The notes beneath the pieces are model-generated. The model had not been told where the DNA came from, searched no databases, and saw only the letters and a program-made list of their open reading frames with translations. Positions 33,846-45,200 of a stretch of 64,000 nucleotides of DNA are shown here, one piece after another. Numbering within the stretch: position 1 is the first letter of the stretch; the number at the start of each line of letters is the position of its first letter. Source of the stretch: Amoebophrya sp. A120 (lineage: Eukaryota > Protista > Dinoflagellata). The DNA lies in the NCBI GenBank assembly GCA_905178155.1, contig CAJINV010000001.1, positions 9,259,865-9,323,864 on the forward strand, given 5' to 3'. The position numbers and the translations under genes are program-made.

Positions 33846-35143
33846 ATGGGTATGGAAACAGAGTCCTCGGGTTCGGCTTCGTGCTTGCAAAATCAGGTTG
33901 CACCACAACGTGAACGGGATAATTTGAAGGGTAGTCCAAAGCCGACCGAAATGGACCACGAGCAGCACACACCAGTTGTAACCGTGGGCATCGACGAAAT
34001 CCGCGCTGCGCATGCACGCATCAGGCCTCACGTTCACAGGACTCCTGTGCTACAGTGTTCGTCGCTGGGTGAGATGGTTTTGCCGAACGCAGGGATCGAC
34101 AGTGATGAGTCGCCTCCTACACCTACCGAGCTTGATCTGTACTTCAAATGCGAGAACTTGCAAAAGATTGGAGCATTTAAGATCCGCGGAGCGCTGAACG
34201 CTATATCGCTGTCCAAGAAAAGTGTAATGGTGACGCACAGCAGCGGCAACCACGCACAAGCGGTGGCTCTCGCGTGTCGCCTGCTGGGAAAAAAAGCTAT
34301 TGTGGTCATGCCGAAGGACTCGCCGCAAGTCAAGGTATAGTGACAGTTGTCAATTCGTTTTAATATTTCTCTGATTTCGTGAAAAAGTTTAAGTACTTTT
34401 TTTCGGCTTCACTGCTTGCAATCTCAATCTGGGTCCTCCCTGTGTAGGTATCAGCGGTACGTGACAGCTACGGAGCGGAGGTGGTGTTCTGCGAGCCGAA
34501 TCAGCCCGCACGGGAGAGCACCTGCGCAGGGATTTTGGCGAAGGATCCCGACAACTCCGAGCTCATCCACCCCTACGACGACGCGCGCGTGGTCTGCGGC
34601 CAGGGCACGCTCGCGGTCGAACTGATCGAGCAAATGACGGAGCCTGGTGTAGAATCCACGAGCGCGCCATCTAAAAATGCACCTCATTTGGATGCTGTTG
34701 TGATCGCCGTTGGCGGCGGCGGGCTGCTTGCCGGTTGTGCGACTGCTATTCGCGCACTTTCGCCGACAACCAAAATCATCGCTGCGGAACCGGCAAATGC
34801 AAATGACTGCTACCGCAGCTTTCTGGCCAAGGCACGTGTTGACAATGATGGTCCCCCGAAGACGATTGCCGATTCGGTGAAGACAAATTTGGGGGAATTG
34901 AATCTGCCGATTATATTATCCATAGTAGACAGCGTTATTCAAGTGTCCGAAGAGCAAATCAAAAGAGCAATGCGGCTAATTCTCGAGCGCGCGAAATTGG
35001 TGATTGAACCAGGCGCCGCTGTCGCCGTCGCAGCCGCTCTGAGTCCCGAATTCCGGCACGAATTTCCAGAGTGCAAGCGCGTAGGGGTGGTCCTGTGTGG
35101 TGGGAACTTGGATATCGGAAATTTGCCAAATCTCATTCTGTAG
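33846..35143 (+). CDS. PLP-dependent serine racemase / Ser-Thr dehydratase, 2 exons (intron 34335-34447)
   Basis: FKCENLQKIGAFKIRGA (PLP lysine), THSSGNHAQ, GQGT, GGGGLL, IEPGAA, CGGNLD. Splice AAG|GTATAG...TGTAG|GTA is in frame. Confidence 0.92.
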
Positions 35144-36027
35144 CGGAACTCACTTGATTTCTCATGTTTCGAATTTGAAAGGACTCATCGACTCACGAGA
35201 GTTCGCGAATACAGAAGCAACGTCGTTCCATTCAATGAGTTTTCACGTCCAGGCGTGGTGCTTCTATGATCATCACGTCGCATAGATGAGCTTGCTTATG
35301 CTTTTGGATTGGAGCTTTCGAAGATCATGTTTCAGCGCTGCTACTAGACCGAGGTCTCTTGCTTTATTCATGGGACTTCGGTATTCTTCAGCGCGAAAAT
35401 AGCTTCTATCCGGGCCTTTGTGTAGCTGGCAGAATTTTTTCTTTTTCTGGCGGCACAGGGCGGCCTCGGAACAACACTTCTTGAGAGTTGAGACATCTGA
35501 TGATCTTCTATACTGTCTTTGCTCGTCACGTAAGAAAAAATGGATGATGTTGCCGAGATCCGTAAAGTTGAATCTGGATGTTGCTCATGCATGCAGGCAC
35601 GGTTATTTTAGTTCTGTAAGGTGCAACTTCTCGCCCTCGCAATCGCATCTGTGCTGTGTGTCTACGTGTGGCCAGCGTTGTTGAGCATTGATTGTTGTTG
35701 CGCATTGCCATTCTGTACTACAACTTGCCACAACTAACTATTCATATCATCTTCCGGGCCTCTCGGCACTCATTTGTACCTGCCAGGTTGCTTCTCACGG
35801 ATGTTTCATCTGTAACTGTTTATTTTACATTCTTTCCATACCATGCTGTGCATCTAAATACAAAAATCCAATTTCACTCGTGTCGAACAATTTTCGCCAT
35901 TGACATGGTGTTTCATTTTTGTCTGGATTCTTCCTCTTCGTACATTTTCATTTGCTTTTGTCAAATGCACCCTGTTCATTTTGCGTTTGCATTTTGAGTC
36001 GTACGTATACAGTACTTCTAAAGATAG

Positions 36028-39000
36028 ATGTCGAATTCTACTCCTGCACCTGCTTCGAAAGGCGGTGCAGCTAGTGCTAGTAGCGGCATCAAAAGCGGGT
36101 CTCGGCAAGTGGCGCCCTCCCGGGATCTGGTGCAGACTGACCCAGCCTCGGAGGTGGCTTTGAAAGAACTCTGTGGGAAGGAGCACTCGCTGTCCATTAC
36201 GGAAGATTATCTAAGCGCGACGAACTGGACCGTAGAGCGGGCGTGCGACGAGCTCGTGCAAAACTTGCTCGATCAGGCCGAAGTGGTCGCGGGGAGGCAA
36301 AACACTGTCGGTGGGGTAGTTGCGGAATTCGATCAGTCGGGAGCAGTTGGCGACAATTGCGCGAAGCACTGGCAGGCGGTTCTGCAGGACAGTCAGAAAA
36401 CGACCGCGTTTGCTCATGTGCGCAATATGCGACTCCCTGGTGCTGGCGGTGCTGTGCAGGAGGTGTTGCACCTGACTTCCTATGCGACGGCCCTCTACCC
36501 GAAGGCCTTTTTTTACGGGCACACAGGTGCAGAGAAGAAGCCGACGAATAATTCTGCGGGAGGTAGCGGAAATGCAACGGGAGCGAAAACCATCCGGGGT
36601 CGCTTTGGGGACGGACTGACGTCGGCTCTTCTGGTGCTTGTGAAGGATGGGTACGTCGTGCAGATCCAGTCCGCTGGGCATAGGTACGAATTTCTGCTGA
36701 AACACAACGCGGTGGCCTGCGGGCAGTGTCTGCACTACAAAGTTGTGAAAGAGGACCAAGGTTCATCTCTTTGTGGCGACAACAAACCGTCAAGTGACTT
36801 TTGCCCGGCATTTGACAGCAGTCGTGACACACGGATATCGGTGCATCGCGTGTTGGCGAGGAGCAAGCTGAATGGAGCGCAGCAGATGTTCGATCCGACG
36901 AGGTATTTGGCCTTGAATCCAGAGGTGCGTTTCATTTACAAAGGACAGCGTTACGACATTCTGGCAAACCAGGCCGCGAGCGTCTTTGTTAAGGGAATGC
37001 TCACACAGCGAGAACCGGCCTTGCACAACGCAATGCACACGAAAGTGCTGGAGCTGAAGTGCCGCGACCGGGAGGGAACTATCACGCACGGGGCGTTAAA
37101 GGGTATGTGCGTGGAAGCGTGGACGGAAGCCACGAAGAGCAAGAATGCCGCACGCGTAGCTCAGCTCTACGACACGATGAACAGAAACCACCGCGCGCAC
37201 ATCGAGCGGGACGCAATCTGCGAGGTCGGCCCGAGCCACCCGCTTGCTACCACACTGGCAGACCACTTTGTGCGGCTGCACGGCGAACATGCAACTGCGG
37301 TGGAGACAGATGACCAGAAGGATGCTGCGGAACGACAGGGGCGGAAGGGCGTGCGGCTCCACTCGAGCAAGCTCGCCACCTTCTTGCGCAGGGTGATGGT
37401 GGGCAACAAGAGGTACTGGAGCCGCGTGGCTGCACCCGCAAGCTCCTTGGCTCCGCAGGGGGCTGCAGCAGGCCACGCAGCTGCAGCAAAAGCCAACCTG
37501 ATTGCCAAAGGCCTTTTGCGAAAAGGCGAAGAGGCTCCGTGTTGGATGGAGGCGCTGGCGGAGCTTTTGTTCGCGCCCGGTGTCAAGGAGGTGGACGTCA
37601 CCGACTTAAACGAGGAAGAGGCGGCTTATATCGAAGGCAGAAAATATTTAGATAGACGTTTTCGAGAGAAAAAGAAAATGCTTTGCATATTCAATATGCA
37701 AAGCATTTTCTCTTCAAAAATGCAATAATATTGCATTCTTCACACGCAAAGTGCGTGACTGCTTTTCGAGTGGTGCGTAAAACTGCGAGGAGATCATGAT
37801 GATTTAGACATGGAAACAAGAACGCAGAAAAAAGTTTTTTACCTTGGATATTACTTGTGTCGGTCAGTGTCGACACAGTGGCGGCGGTGGCTCCTCACCT
37901 AGGCATTTGCGGCAAGATATGCAGATTCTACACGAACGCAAGCGAGGACAACGAAGGTGCAGGGGCGGAAGACGCAGCAGAAGATGACCCACGCGTTGCC
38001 GACAAGACGACAGGGAAGAAAGGTGCTGGGACCTCATCTTCTACTGCGAGCAAGAAGAAGCAACTCGAGCAGGTGGCCCACGTGTTCGGCAGCCCTTCTA
38101 CTGGAGGGTATCGCATTCGAGCCGCGAACCAGCCCGATTTGCAAACGGTTGCGCAGGCTTCTGCCGTAGCGTCCCAAGCATCGGAGGTGTTCGGGCCGGA
38201 CAGCAAGCCCTTCGCGATCGACGATGACGAGCCGCCGATCGGTGGTTTTCCAGTAGCAAAGGACGCGACGGGGAGGTACTACATTTACTACGACAATTAC
38301 TCCCACCGCTGGGTACTGGACTCCCTGCAAGGTTTCAAGACGTTTAAGAGTACCGGACAGGTTTCGCACTGTTCTTGGGTAGCGGAATGCGACGCGGACA
38401 ACTGGTGGGAGACGGACCACTGGTATGTGCGGCAGTCGCAGAACCGCAAGAAACACAAACAAATGCAACTCGCGATGGCCAACAGAAGCTTCACAAACTG
38501 CAAACTCGCGACTACGGCGCACTCCGATCCTGCCGTCGTGGAAGCGGTGCTGCTCCCACTGCACAAGCTGAAAACTTACGAGTGTGGAAGCAAATCCTGC
38601 CCAACGAAAGATATCATTCCGATTTGTGGCGACGACAAGACCACAGGACAACGCAAATGCTTTTGCGCGTATACAAAGCTTTGCGCGTCCTTACTCTCCG
38701 AGCGCAGTGCCGTGCTGCGGGAGAAGATGCCTCCGGCGACGCTGGTCGAGAGTATCAAGCTGCGCGTGGTGGCAAAACTAGCAGCGGCGCATGCGGCAAG
38801 CGCTGCCGCAGCAAAGCAGACCGAGGCGGCCGCGAAAGCAAAGGCTGCTGCAGCAGCTGAGAAGCCTCCAACGGCTGCGGCGAGCACCAGTGCGCTGCTA
38901 TCACTTTTGAAGAATGGCGTCGGACCAGAGCGAGCGATCGAGGCCTGGGTAGCAGCGGGTAGCAACAGCAATGAGATCGAGGAGCGGAAAGTTCTGGTTG

Positions 39001-39770
39001 CGCAGATCCAGAAGCTTGCGCTCGAGAAGAGTAAATTGCCTGCTACTTCTTCAAAAAGTCCATGCGCAGCAGAGACAGGGGGTGCTGGTAGCTGCGGGGG
39101 TGACAGCACCAAGGGTGGAAAAGAGTGCTGGCCACATTCCTTTACTGTGCCTGGCACTGCAACATCCAGCAGCGGCTATAGTGGCGGACCCCGGGCGGCC
39201 GATGTCAGTCAGGCAAGCGCTTGGCTGGGGGATCGTGCGTTGAGCTTTTATTTGGCATTGCAGGGTACACAGGCAGGCCTCTCCGCTGGGCAGATGGCAG
39301 AGCTCAGTGGTAGACTTCTTTCAAACGAAGCACTCGGAAAAATTCTAGATCCTTCGTCGGTAAAGGGCAGCACCGACACGGCAAACACCGGAAGAACGTG
39401 GCTGCGCGCAAATGCTGACCGCGTGGAGGGGGCCGCCGGCAAGAGTTTGGAAAATCCTGCGCTGCTGCCGGTAGCGCTCTCATTATTGGAGAACTCTATC
39501 GGAAAGATCAAACTGCCAACGCGTCCTGCTTCTGCACTTATTACCGAGGAGGTGCAAGCGATGGTTAATACCGGTCGCTCGAAGAAGCGCTTGCGATCTC
39601 CCGCATCTTCGGGACCAAGCGTTCTTGAGGAAGACACCCTACAAAGTCCTGCAGACGCGGACATGAAGGTAGTGCCAGCAGCTTGTAGTGCGAGCGGTGG
39701 TGATTGCAACACAGACGAGACTGCCCCAGTTCAGGACGTCGCTCCACCTGCGAAACGGCGGAAAATTTAG
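36028..39770 (+). CDS. GHKL (HATPase_c-like) ATPase domain protein with long C-terminal region; intron ~37637-37902/37925
   Basis: N-box WTVERACDELVQNLLD and G-box IRGRFGDGLTSALLVL. An AT-rich interruption separates ORFs 36028 and 37857. Either a GC-AG splice 37637-37902 or removal of 284 nt between GCAGA repeats restores frame. Confidence 0.65.
37673..37711. repeat. Perfect inverted repeat, 19-bp arms, 1-nt spacer
   Basis: AGAAAATGCTTTGCATATT-C-AATATGCAAAGCATTTTCT. Confidence 0.95.
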
Positions 39771-40115
39771 ACGGCAATTGTGCGGGACGAAATTTTAAAC
39801 GTTGAGTTTCTTTCTCAAGCCGGAATGTTGATGAGGTCAAGGCAACTTTGCAGTGCATTGACATCATATATTGAACGAAGCGTAGGCATGTCTACAGAAA
39901 AAGAGGGAGCAGTTCAAAACACTTCACGCGCGAAGTATATTTGTTTCGATGTTTGCTGCAAGAGGAAGCAGAGGTCAGTGCTGGAGTCCGACTCTGTCAA
40001 CACAATTGTAGCGAGCTACTGACGACGGTTTTCAATGTGTTCATGAGGCGCAGCATTAATTTTTATTGTAGTGGATAAATAGCGCGCTTTTTTTTCATTT
40101 TTCAGTCTTGCTAGC

Positions 40116-40172
40116 GCGTTTCCATGACTGTCGGCGAACTAGAAGCGTTTCCATGACTGTCGCGTTTCCATG
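40116..40172. repeat. Direct repeat GCGTTTCCATGACTGTCG x2.6 upstream of the GPx gene
   Basis: Copies at 40116-40133, 40145-40162, and a partial copy at 40162-40172. Confidence 0.9.
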
Positions 40173-40420
40173 TTTCGATAAATAAATCTGTTGTCTCCGG
40201 GTCCCCATAAATCTGCGAGTTTTTCATGTTTTCCTAATGTACGTTTGATCCAGAATAAATGTGGCGGTAGTTCACATTCCCTGGGCGAGGCGCAGCATCC
40301 TTTCAAAGAAGTTTTGGAAACAAAGGTGTAAGTCATAGTAAGTACAAAAGTATTGGTATAAGAAAAAAGCATCCGTGTCGAATTCGTTTATAATCGAAAA
40401 CGTCGATCATTTGATTGAAG

Positions 40421-41032
40421 ATGGTGGGAATGGTCAAGCTCAAGACGTTATGTGGTTCGATGTTTTGCTCTACCGGACTTGGTCCGGGCGCCTATCCGGT
40501 CACCGCGAGCGTGTACGACTTTTCTGCTAAACCGTTGAACAGCGAGGAGGAAAAGTCGCTGGCGGACTATCGCGGCAACGTGCTGCTCATCGTGAACGTT
40601 GCGTCCGGCTGAGGTGTGACTGACCGCGATTACGCGGAGCTGAATGCCTTGCACGACAAGTACGCCACGCATGGGCTGAGCATTCTGGGGTTTCCATGTA
40701 ACCAGTTCGGGAACCAGGAGCCCGGGGATGACGGACAAATCAAAGAGTTTGTGCAGGCGAAAAACGTGCAATGGGACATGTTTTCAAAAGTGGACGTGAA
40801 CGGCCCGGGGGCGTTGCCATTGTTCGACTACTTGAAGAACCAAGCCCCCGGAATCGCGGGGACTACCAATATCAAGTGGAACTTTACCAAGTTTCTGGTT
40901 GGTCGCGACGGGCTGCCCATCGACCGCTTTTTCACCAACGTAAACCCCTTACAACTAGAGCGGGACATCGTCGCTGCGTTGCAAGTGAAGACAGAGCCCA
41001 CAACCGAAATTGTGGAAGGCGAGTTCATCTAA
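40421..41032 (+). CDS. GPX: Glutathione peroxidase selenoprotein (in-frame TGA = Sec at 40610-40612)
   Basis: ORFs 40415 and 40616 share a frame. TGA sits at the catalytic position in LLIVNVASG-U-GVT; ILGFPCNQFGNQEPG; IKWNFTKFLV. Confidence 0.93.
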
Positions 41033-41385
41033 CGGACAACACTTGTGGGATACGGTTTTTTTTTGGGTTTTGTTTGGACGGCATATGTTACGAAATTTCA
41101 TCGTTTTACTCGTCACAGTCAGTCCCAAGGAAAGATTTGAGGCACAGTGGCGGCTGCCCATCGTGTACCGCCAAGGACCTCCAGAGAACCTGGTTCTTCC
41201 CCATCGTGCTAGCACGAGAATGCAATAACTTTCGCACTTTGTTTAGTGAAGTGACTAGGCAGGGTGGATTCTCGCCAGAGTCGAAACTCTTGCTTGTTGC
41301 TGATTTTTTTGAAAATGAAAATTAATGTATGTATTGTTGCTGGGGGGGCGGCACAGAGAAGGTCGTGATGTTTTGTGCCTGTGAC

Positions 41386-41449
41386 TGCGACTGAAGGTGA
41401 GTCTCTCTTCCGAGAATCAAATCAAGGATGGAGACGAAAAATTGTCTGC
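41386..41449 (+). promoter_or_regulatory. Candidate SECIS element
   Basis: GTGA-GTCTCTCTTCC-(GAGAATCAAATCAA)-GGATGGAGAC-GAA: a UGA/GA core closing a ~10-bp helix with an AA-containing loop. Folded by eye only. Confidence 0.4.
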
Positions 41450-42214
41450 TAAAACAAATTGTGAAGCTAGGCGGAAAGCAAAGCTACATTTTGGACAAAT
41501 AAAATTATGAGAAACTGCTCGTGGCTGGGCAACAGCGATAGCAACGAAAATGTTGCAGCGCGCTGCATTCTGCTTCCAAGAAATTTTGTAGCGGGTTTGT
41601 TTGCAAATAGTGTGATTCGTATATGTACAAGAAATGCAGCTGGTTCATTAATAGCTACAACAAGGATCCGCAAATAGATTCGTTGTGCTTGATACGAAAT
41701 CTGATCCTGATGAAATGAGATCTACTCGTCACGAAGTGATCAGAGACTGAAGAACAAATGATCCACAAACTACTACAAATTTGAGATTTGTCGGTGCAAA
41801 AATGTAAATGTTGGTCTCTCTCTTCCTGTGGGAATCCGATCAGGAAGCGCAGGGATTCAGGACAGATCTCATATCGAAGATCAAGATCTTTTGCATAATT
41901 TTGCAGTGAGTGCGGTGTGACTGTGTGTTTCATTCCGGATGGCATTTTAAATGCGATCCATTCTGTTTTGCGCTCGCGAAAGATGCAAACGCTTTCAATA
42001 AATGGTTATCGGCCTTCTCACCAGGACGAGGCATGATCTAAATTCAGTATATCATTTTTTTGCCCACGAAATCATACCGACAATCCGAACAGTAGCAGGT
42101 GCTTATTGCTTTCACTTTGATTTCTTAGAAATATCCATCGCAATATTGGTTGTTAATGCTGGTTCGATTTTTAGTACAAAGAAAATATCCACATATCAAG
42201 CGACTTTCCAAAGC

Positions 42215-45200
42215 ATGACCGCCCCGCAAGCGACGCCGTTTTCTGCCCGTGTGCAGAAAGCACAGCAAGTCGCTGTTGCTTTGGCGCGCGACCTATCAAA
42301 TGTAAAAATATCTGGGTCTGGAAGAATCATGCTGTTTCTGCATGACGCAGAAGGTCTGGCATGGAAGCTCTAGCATCACAAGTTTCGAGAAGCTTCCGCA
42401 ATGCCGAATCCGCATGACAAATTCACCACTTTGGTGACAGAAAGTGAGCAGCTTTTGCTGCATATGCATAAGAGATTTTTGTGTGTTCTGAAATGCGCAT
42501 CACAAGTTACATTCTTCCAGACCCAGACATTTTTGCAATCCATACGACCCGACGAACCAAGAACTGTGGGCGACCCCGGACTTCTTGGACGATATGACTT
42601 GCTCAGATGTTACGATCTCAAGCGTTACAATAGAATCTGGAAATCTGTGATGCAAGAAGTGCATGATCTAGCCAAGTCTCATAGGACTACGCATGACAAG
42701 TTCCGGAGTCCCAAACTGCACTACATTCGGCCGAAATTTGTGTTGCAGAAAGTGGAATGCTGTCCGAGTCTGTCATGCTCATCATGCAATACTCTATTGT
42801 AACGTTTGAGGTTGTAACGTCTGAGCAGGTCATAGACGACTGCCGCATTTTTTCCGATTGTCTTCCCGGCTTCACCGACGCAGAGCAGGTCTGGGCCTAT
42901 CTGGAGGATTCCTGTAAAAGCGCCAAATCCTGGAGGAAACGGTTCGCAAAGGCACTCACGGTAGACGAGGCTGCACTGCCGGCGCTCACCGAAGAAAAGG
43001 AAGCTCCGGTCGTGTCCATCTCGTCGGCGAAAATAAAAAAGCAGCACAGGGACGACGACCTTCCCAGCACAACATCCTCATCGTCCTCCACGACGAGCAG
43101 CAAGAAGAGAAAAAACGCGGCGGAGAGTCATGAAGTAGATGAAGCGGATGCTGTCTTGGACGGTGTCCTGGCCCGAGAAGAGGCAAGAGCGACAAAAAAG
43201 AGCAAGAAACAGGAAAGAAACACGACAGCAGGAGCAGGTTCGAAACTAAAGTCGACTACACTTCTTCCGACCGACGAGGAGGACGCAGAGAAATTGGAAG
43301 AAAAGCTTGCGAAATCTTCTTCAGCAGGAGACCACGATGATGGCAACAAGAGTTCTTGTGACCACGACGCATCCACGTCAACGAAGAGCAGAAAGAAGAA
43401 GAAAAACGCAGCGAACACCGGTGGTTCCAAACCCTCCGGCGCCCGGTTTTTCGGCGAGATGGAGGACGATGGGGACGACTCCAATGTGGCGGGGGAACAC
43501 AAAAAGAAGCACAGTAAACCAAAATCCCAAGTGGACGACGAATTTTTCTCCCTCGCGGACATGCAGAAGTTTGCGGAGGAGGGGGAAAAAGCGTGGGCGA
43601 GAATGAACGACAATGAGTCCGATTCGGACAACGCGGACGAGGACGAGGTGTACAAAATGTTTTTCTCCAAGGACGTGGGCGATGGAGATGACATCATGTT
43701 CGACGATTTTTTTGGCACCGGTGGCCGCGGACCAGGCGCGCAAAATAATAAAGCCTCAAGTTCAACAACAGCGAACAAGTATGCAAATTTGAGAACAACG
43801 GATGACTTAAAGGATTTATCGGAGAAGGAGGCCACGGCATCAAAAATTGCGGCCTTGAAAGGTAGTTCTGGCAAGGACGACGATGGTGCACGACCAGCTG
43901 TCGTCGACGACTCCTCTCCCACCGAAGAACAAAACATGGAAGTAGACGAGGTGGCCGCCGTTGTAAGCGAAGACGGCTCGTCGGAAGAAGAATTTTCAGA
44001 CGAAATGTCGGAAGAAGAGGAAGACTCTGAAGAGGAGGACGAGCTGATTCGCATGCGCCGCGAAAGGAAAAAGGCGGACGCGGCAAAGGAACAGAAAGCG
44101 AAGGCTTCTGTTGAAGGTGCACAAGTGGAACCTGACGCGAAGAAAGAGCAGAAAGGTCGTGAAGAGTCTGATGATGCCGAGCTGCCTACAGACGATCTCG
44201 AAGACGAGGAAGAAGAATTGTCCCTAGAGGAAGAAATTTCCGACGAGGAAGAAGCAGTAGAGGGTATGCTGGAAGACGCTGACGCTCTCGAAGAAGATGG
44301 CGCGCCTGATGAAAACGACATTTCAGACGAAGAGCAACCCGAGATGTCCTCGTCTTCCTCCTCCTCGTCTTGCAGCTGGGACAAAGACGCCGAGGATGCG
44401 GGCAAAGCCCTGCCTTTTTCCGGCTTCGCTTCCGACGGGGAGGACTGCGATTTGTCGGATTTGGATGCGGAAGACCGACAACTGGAATTGGCTCTGAGAA
44501 AAGTCGGCAGAACCGCGGTCTACCGAGCGGGCGGAAAAATGGACAACTTGCCGGAATCGGACGAGGATACGGACGCGGACGAAAATGGTGGAATGGATGT
44601 GGATATGAACGAAGAGTCGTCTGTCAGTTCAAACCAGGCGAAGGCGAATCTCGCGGTGAAAGACCGACGCATCCAGGATCTGGAGGAGGAGGTCGACAGA
44701 CTCGAGCGGGAGGCACTGGCGCAAAAGCACTGGTCGCTGGGCGGGGAAGTCGCGGGAAAGCAGAGAGAGCGGAACTCGCTCCTAGAGTTGCATTTGGACC
44801 TGCCCATGACGCACTTTCAATCCAAACGTATAAATTTGTGATGCTTTTTTTTTGATTACCTGTACGTCTACGTTTAGCTTAAGCTGCGGCCGTGGATTCC
44901 ATTTTTTGCCCCACATCAAGTGATTTCCAAGACCTTATGTCGCTTTTTGTACAACAATGGGTAATATTAATCATACAACCACCAGGCACTCTGGACACTG
45001 CCATCGCAACCGGGCAGCAGTTAGACGAGGAAGAGTCCGATGAAGAGGGCAACAAGCCCCAGCAATTTGACATCGAGCAGATAACCAAGCAGAGAGTCGC
45101 CGACAACCTATTCGACGACGTGATCCGTGTGGCGGACACCAGGCCAAGCACAACGAAGAAGGACGAGGATCAGGAGGAGGTTCTGAACTTCGCTAAGTCC

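Noticed and set aside
40610-40612. GPx pseudogene or genome-wide UGA reassignment
   Set aside because: The stop falls exactly on the catalytic residue, and TGA terminates other genes in the window.
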